This document shows positions 23,170-35,520 of a DNA stretch of 64,000 nucleotides, piece after piece. The notes under the pieces are model-generated. The model had not been told where the DNA came from, did not search any database, and saw only the letters and a program-made list of their open reading frames with translations. The DNA is from Camelus ferus. Taxonomy: Eukaryota. Position 1 is the first letter of the stretch. Each line of letters opens with the position of its first letter. Made by a program: the position numbers and the translations under genes. The stretch spans positions 81,656,001 through 81,720,000 of the forward strand of contig NC_045697.1 of NCBI RefSeq assembly GCF_009834535.1, written 5' to 3'.

Positions 23170-25739
23170 ACATTTTGTCATTTTAAAAGGAAAAAAAAAA
23201 TCTTCATTAACTAACTGCAAGTACTTAAAATTTTATTTTTATGTTTGAGTTGTTTTATTCTACTTTAAAGTTATAATAATCATTCAATTATAATTGTACT
23301 TCTGATACCCTATAGATATTTTTCTTATGAAACATTGCAGAGTTTGACAATGATTTCTTTCTTAACTTTCAACACTGAGGATAATTTATGAACAACTTCC
23401 TAATATTAGTAAAAATTTTTGTTATGCCTCAGATGAACAAAAACATAGATTGTTTCATATATTGCATTTTTATAATATGCTGTTCTGAATGAGGCTGAGT
23501 AGGAGCTATGTATTTTTACACAGGATTTTCTTATGATTATGTAACACACAAGGTTATTTCTGAATCTTTGTGTTTGTGGGTAAGATAGAGGCAGTCAAGG
23601 CAGGTGCTGGCAGTCTCAGCCAACTGTTCTTCAAAGGGCTGCACACAGCTTAATATTCCCAGATACTTTAATGAGCTTTCCCTCTAATTAAATGTGCAAC
23701 TTGCAGTGATCCTTGGGTGCCAGATTGCTGTGACTGGCAATAAGCTTTCTTTGTTCAGAGTCAGATTTTACATCACCTAAACACACCCATTTTTAGTAGA
23801 TTCATTATAGATGGAGTTGAATTTTATTTCAATTAAATAACTTATAAACTGTGAAAAAACCCTAAGTATACAATTCAAATCTTCAGGAGAGCATATATAA
23901 ACAAAATAGAGGGAATAAACAGTATCAACCAGGCAGGAAGACAGATGGAAGAAATGAAGAGTAATCAGAGTTCGGTATTAAAATTTCATGCTGAAATGTC
24001 AGACTATGTCTGAGAGTTACACTGTGGTGTGGCTGCATGTTACTTCCATCTCTTGGTGGTGATTAATTTTAACAAGGTCAAATGATGCATTTTGCATTAT
24101 ATGGTAACTTAGGTTAGAAGTCACTTTCAGAGCATCTTTTTAAACCAGTGGGGAAAATCACACATCTTTAACCATAAAACATATGAAATATATCCAGTAA
24201 TTTTTAAATTTTAGGTTTTTTCGTTACACTTTATCTATTTCAAATTATTCTGAGCTGGCCTGTGTTCAAAATAATTTATCAGTTATTCTCTACATATTGA
24301 TACTTTGTTAAAGATGGCTAGTAGGTGCTCATTCATCACAGGAAAGCTGAGGCATTTTAAAGTGCTATGCAGTAGATATCTTGTTCCATATTTCTGCCCC
24401 AATGCCAAGTCCATTTTTGGCTTGTCTCATAATCAGGAAGATAAACATGGGAAGCAGGATAAAATGTTCCCCACTGCCTCAGCATGCTCAAAAAAAAAAA
24501 AAAAAAAATGAAGAAAGAGAAAAAAGGAAAAGGAAACAGAAACCAAAGAGAAGAATGTAGGTCATGAAGGCACAGTATTTAGGTCAGAAAAGGGAGCTGC
24601 TGAGCCGTCTGTGGAGAGAGCCATTCCCATGTTATAAGGCAGCAGGCTGCAGGGCTTTTGCAGAACATACTAGAGGGAACAAAATGTTTTAGGAAGGCAA
24701 TTGAAAAGGACTCAATTTAAAATGAGCTTTGATCTATCTCGTAACAGATTATGAGAATTATGTGAAATAGAAATAAGGGTTCTGATTTAAGAATATCATG
24801 TCCCAGTACCAGGGTTAACCTAAGTAATAGTCAGATGAGGATCAGTAAAAGACAATCCGATAGAAGAAAATGAAAAAAACAACACATCTTTAGAGAAGAA
24901 AAATAGATTATATAAGAGTTCCACTATAGTTTGTTGTACATAATTACACATGCATTAACTGCATATTACTATTTATTTGGTTTTGTGTATTAGGACTAAA
25001 ATATTCTAAAAGTAAACATTTCTGTGACCCAAAGATTACAAGATTATTTTTCCCATTTCTTGGTGTGACACAATGACAATCTATGTCCATAGTGCTGGTT
25101 TTCATCTAACCCTGTTGTGGTAGGGTCTTCCACAATAATAATTTTTGAAAGTTACATGTGAACAAAATAATATGCATTTGTCGTACAGGGGATTAATTCT
25201 GAAGAAAGGAGACAACACAATCTGAGGCACATGGAGAAACACCGTAATCTACTACTGCCCTCTCTGTAGAAAAAGGGAGAGAGAGCAATCTTTTGGAATC
25301 TGACCACAGGAAGTAAGAAGGTGGAGGAATTAACACTGGTAGATTGAGCAAAGAATCAGGTGAGAAGGAAGAAGAATTGATGAAAGACCAGGGGAGAAGG
25401 AACTTTCATCTATCCATTCACAGCTGAATTATGTATCTGAATATGTTCAAAAGTGTCTATCAGAAGGCTTATGTTCTCTCTGGTAATGACTCCTTTACTC
25501 AAGTTTTGGGTAAGGCTCTAGTTAGCAATGCCAAGCAGTACTATATTTTAAATAATTTATAGTACAAACTAGTTAGTGTTTTTTAATTTTCCTCCTTCTC
25601 TTCCTTTTTAGAATATTAAATAAGGTAATCAGAATCTGTGAAGGAATAGATTTGTATTCAGATTTAATTCTCACTGCATACATTTAACTAAGAAGATTCG
25701 AAACACTGAAGGTGAAAACAGCTGCCCTTTATTCTGCAT

Positions 25740-25925
25740 CTACTAAATTTCAGACACTGCTCTGAGTTCTTTATATTTTTTTCATTTAATGATTAAAAAC
25801 TCTTTGGGAGCATTTGTTATTTTTCCAATTTTATTAAGTAGGAAAGTTGCTCAGAGCTATCCAAGTTTACACAGCTGGAATGGAAACTAAATTGAGGTTT
25901 TTCTAATTCCAAAGCCCTTTCTGTT
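25740..25925 (-). mobile_element. MIR
   Basis: 'cagacactgctctgagttcttta...tcatttaat...gctcagagctatccaagtttacacagct...taattccaaagccc'. Confidence 0.65.
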
Positions 25926-25933
25926 AACATTTC

Positions 25934-25995
25934 TTTCTCTCTCTCTCTCCCCTCCTTTCTCTCTCACACACATACACACACAAACACACACACTC
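25934..25995. repeat. (TC)n/(CA)n microsatellite
   Basis: Read directly from the sequence. Confidence 0.85.
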
Positions 25996-26199
25996 TCACA
26001 ACACATCAGATTTGACTACTGCCTCTGCCCTGCTGGATCTCAGAGTATTATTTTAAGACCAACTATATATCTCTTAAGTAGCATGTATTATAGAATATTA
26101 TGTTGTGTTATATAATACACAATGAAAAAAAAATCATAAAATCCCTGAACCTGCTCTTCCTGAACTCCTGAATTTCATCCATTTTAGCAAACAGAAAGG

Positions 26200-27470
26200 C
26201 CACTATTTTTGGTCTTTTTGTGACAATATTAAATGACTATTCTGAAACTTTTGTTACTCTTAGAATTTCTGTCCTTGAATCTTTTGTCCTTCAGCTCCTG
26301 GGATACCACTGTATGCTGGATTTTTCTCTTATTTCCCGGGACTTCCCTTTTATTTAAATTTTGCTACGTAATAATATTCTGAAAGTTCTGTCCTTGGCCT
26401 GATAGCTGTACCACCAGGTAATGAATTCCTGATCAACAATATCTATTTCCCCACCCTCATCTGATGATCCTGATGTCTTTATCAAGCTGTAACACAATTC
26501 TATTTCATATTCATTTAAAATTATTTCATTCAACACTCATCCATCCAATTAATTTTCATGGAGGTAGGCACAACTGTTGGCTCTAGAGACAAAGAGACAA
26601 GTGCCTGCCCTCAAGAAGTCTGCATGTTCCATCAATGTCTCAGATTTTATGCTCTAAATCAGACTCTGCCACTTCCTCAGAAATTTCTTTTCCTGTATTC
26701 TCTGTCTCAATAACTAAATTGCCATTTATTCATATTCTTAAGTTAAAATCTTTGAGCCAGCTTGTCACTTTATACATTCTAGCACGTCAATACATGCTGC
26801 AGGTTCTGTCACTGATTATCTCACAAATCCATTTTCTTCCTTCCTACTCCCAGAGCTATAGTTCAGATTCTCACCACTTCTCCTGTGGATTCATGAGGAA
26901 AAGCCTCATAACTACTTTTCCTATCTCTCAGGTGTCTCCTGTGTAATCTGTTTTCCACACTAATTCTAGAATGACCTTTCTAAAAAGCAAATTTGATCAG
27001 GACATTTCCCTGCTTGAAAGCCTTGAGTGCGCTCCCACAGCTTTCAGTATAAAATTCAAACAGCTTATCTTTTAAAGCTTTGTCTCATTGTCTCTCTTTA
27101 AATCAATTTTCTACCTATATACAATCTTACATGCAATCCTTACATGCTATATACAAACTATATAGTGCAATTTCTCAATTCTGTGTATTTGTTCATTCTG
27201 TCTTTCTCAATTCAAACACTTTATAAAGCTTTCTCTGAGCCCATCTTGATAGAAATCTCTGACATGCTTCTTTTTGCATTCAAGTCATCTATAAAATCCC
27301 TTTGTACTGCTTAATTGATTTCTTTGATTATTTTTCACTCTGAATCATGAGTGTGTTGAATACACTTGAGCCTTAGGAACTTGAGTTTAGGAACTTTACT
27401 TTTTATTTCTAAACCTATTACACTTCCTGGGTTATGAAAGTCACTTAATAGATACTTAACAGAATAATGA
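26200..27470 (+). mobile_element. L2 LINE fragments
   Basis: 'tgtaatctgttttccacact...agaatgacctttctaaaaagcaaatttgatcagg...ccctgcttgaaagccttgagtgcgctccca...ataaaattcaaa' is typical L2. Boundaries approximate. Confidence 0.7.
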
Positions 27471-28304
27471 AGGATTAACTGCACTCCTGACACGTGCTCT
27501 GAAGTTAGTCAAAGGTTTCATGTAAGAGTGGAATAAACTTGGTATTAAGTACATAAACTGTTTGAGTTCGTGTTGAAGAGAGAAGCTTTTGAATAAAGTG
27601 GTGTCATGTAAAAAGGAACAGACACAAGTGAAAAACACAAAGAGACTAACTTGTTTGAAAGATGGTGTACATAGTGAGAGAGCACGAAATGTGCACTGAC
27701 AGATGAGATCTAATGTAACAAAAATCCTTGGAACTTGCTTTTTCCTTCTTTGTTTTCTTCTTTTCTTCCTTCCTGCCTCCCTTCCTTTCTTCTTTTTCTT
27801 TCTTTCTTTTAGTTGTTTCTATTAGTTTCTTCTTTCTCTCTCTCTTTTTTTAAGACACACATAAAGAGAAAACCCTGCAAGGTACAATATTTTTCTATTC
27901 CTTGATATAAAAGATTTTCAGCATTTACGGAATCTTTTTCTAGTGCCATGTTTTTTTTCCATTAGACCATGTGCAAACATTTATTTACTTTCTCACCTGA
28001 TTCACACAAGTGCAAATACATAGAAACTAAAATGTGTTTTATGCTGTTTATCCTGCCTAGTTTTGTTCTAATGTTACATAGTGTGAATCAAATCTTAAAT
28101 TCAGAATTTATGAACTCCTGTTTTGTTTCCTCTTATCTGTTATGTTAATTATAAGTTAAACTTGCTTTTCAGAGGTTATTGGTTTGCATTTTAAAATGTT
28201 TGTATTTTGAGACTGCTTACCTATTTATACTTGTTTTCCTCCAAAGATTAGGCTTTCTTCTTTTCCCTCTTCTCCAAAGCACAACCTTATAGAACAGAGA
28301 AAGC

Positions 28305-28540
28305 CAGTGTAGCATGATGCCTAAGGGTACAGTCTATGGAACCCGACTATCTTCGTTGGAATAACAGTTCTGCTCCTTACATGCTGTGTGGCACTGTGCA
28401 CGTTACTCAACATTTCTGTGCCTCAGCAATAAAACAGAAACAATAATATAGCTTTAATAGGGAAATAATGTGATTTAAAATATTTAATATATATAAAGCA
28501 CTTAAATAACTCTAGGAGCACAGTAAGAACTAATAAACTT
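28305..28540 (+). mobile_element. Near full-length MIR
   Basis: cagtgtagcatgatg...gctgtgtggcactgtgcacgttactcaacatttctgtgcctcag...aaagcacttaaataac...cacagtaagaactaataaa. Confidence 0.85.
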
Positions 28541-28902
28541 TATATTTTGATATTCCTTCAGATGATCACTTTTTGTCAATAACAGAAACATGTAATAAAT
28601 ACTTTTTAAAATTGACAAAGTTTTTTTTTAAACACTCAGGATTTTGTACATGGCTGGGTGGTTCTATGTCTATTTACAAAAGTATTAAACACTTAGTTTT
28701 TTTCTTAAATGGTCTTAACACTTTATTGCTCATTAGTTGATTGCCAATGCAATGTATTATCTGTTCATCATCATGAGTGACAGAATGTCAAGTGGAGGCA
28801 TTTTAATACTAATGAAAATGGCCAATTATGAATCTTGATGGCTAATGAACCCCTAATCAACAGCATTAGAAGGTTTATGTGCATTCTACTGACATTCATA
28901 GG

Positions 28903-29020
28903 CTCTCTCTCTCTCTCACCCACCCACCCACCCACCCACACACACACACATGCACATATATATGCTTTAAAATTTGATAGATAGGTAGAGAGCTAGATAG
29001 ACTGATAGGTAGATAGATAG
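28903..29020. repeat. Compound simple repeat (TC)(CCCA)(CA)...(TAGA)
   Basis: Read directly from the sequence. Confidence 0.85.
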
Positions 29021-29224
29021 TTTTAAAACTTGATTATTATTGACAGGAATTAAAATTCTCATCAATTTGAATTCATATTTCTTAGAGAGTAAATAGGTTC
29101 CATGTTACTTGTTCTTTAGTACCTCATTTTAAATAGTATGTAAGGGCTTAGTAATATTTTACTGTCTTCCATGCAAAGTAACTTTTTGTTAATCAAGAGG
29201 GGCCACTGATAATAGCTATGAAAC

Positions 29225-29500
29225 TTGTTACATCAATAATCACATTAAATGTAAATGGTCTAAATGTTCCAATTTATTATGTAAATCGTTATAAGTTGCA
29301 AAAAATATTTTGACCTGGAACATAAATGCTTTGACTGAACACTTTACAAAGCTGGGCAAAAGTATAATGATATGGTATTTTAAACAACACACTTGAAAAT
29401 TAAGAATACCAAAAAATTGAAAGTTAGAAGGTTAGAATAAATATTCAGGGCAAAAAAATAGCAAAAGGCTAGCTTCCATAGAAACAATATTTGGTAGAAT
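29225..29500 (+). mobile_element. Ancient L1 ORF2 endonuclease N-terminal fragment
   Basis: tcaataatcacattaaatgtaaatggtctaaatgttccaatt = SIITLNVNGLNVPI (L1 EN start motif TLNVNGLN). Confidence 0.7.
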
Positions 29501-29599
29501 TGCTCAAAATGTTTTGAATTTTTAAAAATTTTGATTTTAAATGATTTTAAATTCTGAAATTATTTTAAAAATGAGTTATTTCCTTTAAAATGTTATACA

Positions 29600-29915
29600 A
29601 TAAAATTATCCTTACTTACTTAATTAGTTTTTGTTGTACATAAAGTTTATATTTTTCAGGTAGTCATGTATATCAAAAAATATTTCATTGTCTTTGCCTT
29701 TGGTACAAACTTAGGACTTTCCCTCTTTGAGACTTATAAAGATTTACCCTTTTTGGTTTTAGTGATTTCATGATTATATGCTTATATTTTGTGAATAAAC
29801 CATATTGGCTTATTTCTGTTTGAGGTAGGACATGGTCAGGTTCAATTTTATTGTTTTTCACAAGCTGTAAGATTGCCAAACCAATATGATATACTGAAAA
29901 GCTATCCTTCCACAA
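29600..29915 (-). mobile_element. Ancient L1 ORF2 fragment
   Basis: 'tgaggtagga...ttcaattttattgttttt...tgaaaagctatccttcc' matches antisense L1 ORF2. Confidence 0.55.
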
Positions 29916-30084
29916 CTTATGTATATGTATGTGTGTACAATATATATTATAAAAATCACATTAATTACTAATTAAATGCACCTCAGTACTGCTGACATTG
30001 CATACTGCTATCTGTTTCTTCAAAGTCCTGTATCTTCTATTTCCTGCTATACATTCATTTAAATACCAGTATCATATTTGTGTT

Positions 30085-30410
30085 ATTTTTTACATCTTTT
30101 CTGAGGTTAATTGATACCAAAAATTTGCATATATTTAATATATTCAGTTAGATGAGTTTGGACATATGCATATACTTATAAGGCAATCACCACAATCAAG
30201 GAAATATAAACATATATCCCAAAGTTTCCATGTGTCCCTTTGCTTTTGTTTTCATGGTAAGAACACTTACTATGAGATCTACCCTTTCAATAAAGTTTTA
30301 ATTAAGCAAATTGTAACTTTATATCCATCGTACAAAAACTCCCCATTTCTCTCTTCCTCTGTCTCTGGGTAATGACCATTCTGTTTTATGCTTCTGCAAG
30401 TCTGACTATT
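30085..30410 (-). mobile_element. L1 (L1MA-like) 3' end, non-inverted arm
   Basis: 'tgaggttaattga...gatgagtttggacatatgcatatac...catggtaagaacactta...tgagatctaccct...ccattctgttttatgcttctgcaagtctgactatt'. Confidence 0.85.
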
Positions 30411-30970
30411 TATCATCTCAAACCTGGTAGGACGGCTGCTATCAAAAAGACAAAAGATAACAAGTGCTGACAAGGGAATACAGAAATTGGAACTCTTGCC
30501 CACTATTAGTGGGAATGTAATGGTCTAGACACTGTGGAAAGCAATACAGAGGTTCCTCAAGAAATTAAAAACAGAACTACCATGTGATACAACAATTCCA
30601 CTTCTGGGTATTTATCCAAAAGAACTGAAATCAGGATCTCAAATTGATATCTGCACTCCTATGCTTTCTGCAGCACTATTCACAGTAGTCAAGATAAGGA
30701 AACAACCCAAATGTGCATCAACATACAAATGGATAAAGAAAATGTGATATGTACCACACATCTATCTCTATCTCTACCTCTATCTCCAGTATATGTGCTG
30801 CCGAAGCCAGCACTCTACATCTATCTCTAATCTACAGCTAGTATATACCATGGGCTATTTATTCAGTCTTAAAAAAGAAGGAAGCCTGGTGACAACATGG
30901 ATGGACTTGGAAGACATTATGCTAAGTGAAATAAGTCAGTCACAGAAGGACAAATACAGCATGATTCCAC
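30411..30970 (+). mobile_element. L1 ORF2 C-terminus, inverted arm of the same insertion
   Basis: 'atcaaaaagacaaaagataacaagtgctg...caattccacttctgggtatttatccaaaagaactgaaatcaggatctc...atggatggacttggaagacattatgctaagtgaaataagtcag...catgattccac'. Confidence 0.9.
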
Positions 30971-31169
30971 ACCTCTCTGACTTTTATAGCATATATAAAT
31001 TGATGCTCCATTTCAAATTAATGATCTTTGTCATATTCAATCATTCATTTGCTTTGAATTACTCACAGTATATTATTCTTACCAAAATTGCTTTGCATCC
31101 ATTTTATTTCTTTTTACTTTTCCTCAGTATATCTTTGAATATAAATTTATTTAATGTTTAATATAATAC

Positions 31170-31885
31170 TTTGACATACTACATTTTCTCAAGATGACCA
31201 CAATCTCGGTTCTCATCTAACATGCCTTTCTAGATTCTTGCCACTTCTCATCACAAAGTATTGTATAATCCTCCTCCCCTTGAATCTGAATGGTTTATAA
31301 AATCACTTGTAACTGTCAGAATGTGTCAAATTATGCTATACAGCTTCCTAGGATAGGTCATGAAAGACAATGCAGCTTCAGTCTTTTTAGCTGGAATACT
31401 GAAATGCTCATATTTTGAAGCCTTCAGGTGTAATGTAAACATTCCACTTGCCATGATATCATCATGCTGTTAGGAAAACCAAACTAGCATTCTATGCAGA
31501 AAGAAAGAGGCTGGACTAACACTAGCTTATCCAGCACCCAGACCCCACCAACATCTCTGTCTTAAACACTGTTTGACTGCACCTATATAAACACCTCAGG
31601 ACATAGCCACCCAGGTGAACATTTCCTGAATCCATGATCCACAGGAACCATGAAAAAAAAAATAACATAACTGTTTTAAGTCACCAAATTTTGAGGTGAT
31701 CTGTTATGTGTCAACAGCCTCCTAAATAAAACAGAAATGTGATACCTGGAAGTAAGGAATCTAATATGAGAGATATAAAATTGGGCATTTGCTTTGAAAC
31801 TAGATGGTTGGGGAACATTAGTAAAAGACTCGAGGTTGCTGGTAAAGACTTGGAGGACAGAGATGAAAATATATGGAACATTGGA
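31170..31885 (+). mobile_element. MLT1G/H-like MaLR LTR (to ~31733) plus start of internal sequence
   Basis: 'cctccccttgaatctg...cttcctaggataggtcatgaaag...tgttttaagtcaccaaattttgaggtgatctgttatg...aaaca', then MLT-int-like 'gaaatgtgatacctggaag...tgggcatttgctttgaaact'. Confidence 0.7.
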
Positions 31886-32004
31886 TAAAATGAGACAAAA
31901 ATACTTATAGCTTTCTCTTAAATTATCAATTATTAAGTAAGAATTTGATATCTTATCTCGGACTGTAAGCAACAGACGGCCCCATACATACAGCCTGAGT
32001 AATT

Positions 32005-32900
32005 TTATTTTTAAACAGCTTTATTGAGATACAACTTACATATTGTAAAACTTACTCAAGTGAAAAATTTAATAGTTTTAGTGTATTTACATCACCATAA
32101 TCTAATTTTGGAACATCTTCCTCACTCCAAAACTAAACCCTATCCCTATTAGCACTCACTCTTTATTCTCCTCCTGACTAATCTACTTTTTATATCTGCG
32201 GATTTGACTATCCTGAACATTTCATATAAATAGAATAACGGAAGGCATAGTGTTTTGTATCTGGTTATTTTCACTTAGAACTTTTCAATATTTATCCATG
32301 TTGTAGCATGTATCACTTCTTCATTACTTTTTTAATGCCAAAGATTTTTCATTGTATGGATATATCCCATTTCTTTATCCATTATTCAATTGAGAGGCAT
32401 TTTGGCTGTTTCTACTTTGGGATTATTATAAACAAAGCTGCATTTGTTTACAAGTGTTGGGTGGATATCTTATTTATTTCTCATAGGTATATAGCTAGGA
32501 GTAGAATTGCTGAGTTCTATGGTAACTCTATGTTTATCATTTTAAGGATCTAGTGAACTTTTCTGAAGTGGCCGCACCATTTTACAGTATCAGCAGCAAT
32601 GTGTAAAGGTTCCAAATTCTCTATTTCCTTGCCAAATCAAGAAGTGTGAGCCCTTCTGCTTGTTTTTTTTTTTTTCTTTCTCCAAATTTTTTGAATAGTT
32701 CAGGTCTGCTGTGTTACCAAACATTTTTAAGAGTAAGCTGTTGATATCTGCTAAAATTAAAGAAAAAAAAAAAAACAGGAAAAAAGGAAGACAAGAAGGA
32801 AGACAAGAATGAAGAAGGGAAGATGATTTTATAGGGACTGAATCTGTAGTTCAATTTGGGTAATGGTGAAATTTTAGAAATGAGTACTTCAATCTATGGG
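32005..32900 (-). mobile_element. Old L1 (L1MB-like) 3' end and ORF2 fragment
   Basis: 'aacagctttattgagatacaact...catttcatataaataga...aggagtagaattgctgagttctatggtaactctatgttt', then ORF2 'gaatctgtagttcaatttggg'. Confidence 0.85.
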
Positions 32901-33649
32901 GTGTTCCAACCCTCAGAAGCAGAATTAAAAAAAAAAACAACAGAAAATTGGAAGTGGCAGCTTCCCATTTTTTAAGGATATATTCTGGAAATCATTGTTC
33001 TGAGTTGCCAGTTATTATTCAGAGTTTGGCTACTTGACTCATTTAGTACAAGGTAGACTGGGAAGTGCAATCTTGTACTTAGTCTGCATTACTGTCATTT
33101 TATTAAGCTAAAAACTGGGATGCTGTAATTAATGTGGAAGAATATATATTCATACTGTACATTAGGAGCCTCTGCCTCCTTCCATGTAGTGCTGTTTCAA
33201 CAAATCAGGCAGGGAAATTAAAATTATTTTCCTTCGGATTCTTTCTGAGAAAAGCCATCATAGTGTGATATTATTCAGATATGCCTGGAAGGAATAATTC
33301 TTGCAACCATTATTAAACTATTCTTTCCTGCCTTTTATTACATTTCCTGAATATTCCTTTAGTATACATTAAAGGATGAGTTTCCTGTTATTTCGAAATG
33401 TTGGAAGTACTTAACATTTGTCTTCAAGCTTTTTAAGAAAAATAATTTTTCAATGATTTCTATGAAATATTAACAATCAAATTAAGTTCCTGTTTAGCTT
33501 TATAATATAGTTAAAATATTTGTGATTTTGTTTGCAAATATATAGAGAGAATACGGAAAATACTTCATAATTCTTTCGTATTACAAAAAAAATTTCATTT
33601 AAAAGTATGAAATGTGGAGTTTCTATAGCTGTGCTTTGGGGAAGAACAT

Positions 33650-33950
33650 GATAATGACAAGTTTATTTTTGGTTATGCTGAGTTTGAGGTGTTGATAATA
33701 CATTTATTTGGAAATGTCCTATAGACATAGAACAAATATTTGAAATAGAAAAATGAGGCTCAAAAGAAATGAGATTTTTGAAAAGCAGATGGCTGCTCTA
33801 AATGATTTTAAATCTCTTGATCTCTGTGAATTATATCTTAAGATACTAAAAGTGCTTGCAGTTCAGCCTGATAACCTTTTGAGAGACAGGAAAGCAGTTA
33901 TTAAACCAGAAATACCACAAGTTAATATGAAGTAAATGAAATTGTGACTC
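33650..33950 (-). mobile_element. L2 fragment
   Basis: 'gtttatttttggttatgctgagtttgaggtgttga...ggaaatgtcc' is antisense L2. Confidence 0.5.
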
Positions 33951-35029
33951 CACAAATGAAAAAAAACATAGTTTACAAAACTATCCCAGGAAACTTTATC
34001 AAGTACATGGTTAAAGGATAAATTTTGCATTTAAAATCAATGTAATTAGAATCTTGAATCTTAAAAAGAAATAAGAAGTGATCATCAATAGGAACAATAA
34101 TAATAGTCATAACAGTAACTCGTTATTTTGGTAGAATCAGAAGAGAAGTGAAACACTAGCATCCTTTGGAATTAAGGATATTTGATGCAGCAAATCAAGA
34201 GAGAAACACCCTGCATCTCTGACACAACTATTAGGTGAAACAGTTGCTGACTGATCCACCTTGGAGAAAGTGTTTCTTACTAGTCACTAAACAAGCGTTG
34301 GCTGAATGGAAACAACATGTTTTGTACATTGTCATGGGCTGGTTCTTGGTTAATGATTCCCGGTTTTCACTCAGCAAATTCCTATTCATCCTGTGGAAGA
34401 AGTCAGGCATTATCTCCTCCCTGAGGGATTATTTAACCCTCATCCTAGAAGGACACCTTTACCACTCTCACAACAGCACCACACAGAGACATTTTTTTTG
34501 GAGAACTTGCCCATTTGCTTGGGATGTTTATTTTGGACACACTGACTTGCAATCCCATAGATCTAAAGGGCAGGGATTTTGACTTTCATTTTTGTCAGTA
34601 GCTTGAAAAAGTACTTTGCTGCTATGTTGATAAAGAAATGGAATGTGAAAGAAATAGCAGTATTTTAGAGAAAATATTCAAAGGGCTTTGAAAAGTAAGT
34701 ATTAAATATATGGGATAAAATGAAATACCAATAATTTAAAGCCATATGTATATATACACAAAACACCAAGAGAAAAAGAACTTAATAGGAAATATATTCC
34801 TTAATAGAAAGTACTTGTGAAAAAGCAGGGACTATTTAACTGACTTTAATCTCAATATACAACTATGTAAGTAGATAGTGCAATTCTATCAGTGTTTATA
34901 GAAATATGACCGTAAAATTATGTCTAATTCATTGAAATACTGTATTTTGGCCAGATTACATCTAATTATTTAACATTTTTATTTGATTTTTTTGAATTAG
35001 ATTTCATTTATTTATTATAAATCTCAAAA

Positions 35030-35520
35030 AGGATATCAACAATGAAAAGATTTTCTGAATCACAACCCTTCATCTACTGTTTCCACCCCTCCCAAACTCT
35101 TCGTTGAGTTTCCTTATGGATATACAAGAAAATGTTATTACAGATTATCAACTGCTCTCTTTTGTTTATACAAAAGTTTGTATATACACAGCATTTACAT
35201 CTTGCTTGCTTTTAATTAAAAATATATTTTAGAAATATCCCTATCTTAATAAAACCTTATTATTCTTTAATGCTATATAGTATTCCATTGGATACATGGA
35301 CTGAAATTTATCCAGTACCCTACTGATGGACATTTTATTCATTTCCAATTATTTGGAATTATAAATGGTAATTTAGTAAAAATATTGTAAATACTTTGTT
35401 TCACATGAGGTCACATAATTATGTAGGATATTCTCAGATGTGGAGTTCTGGATCACAGTGTGTGCGGGAGCATTTGTAATTATAATATACACTTAAAATG
35501 CCTTCTTATTATCTCATACT
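35030..35520 (-). mobile_element. L1ME-like fragment
   Basis: 'tagtattccattggatacatg...ccctactgatggacatttt...ttccaatt...gtaggatattctcagatgtggag'. Confidence 0.6.

Noticed and set aside
30793..31161. 122-aa ORF
   Set aside because: Chance read-through of L1 sequence (TTWMDLEDIMLSEISQ) into AT-rich flank.
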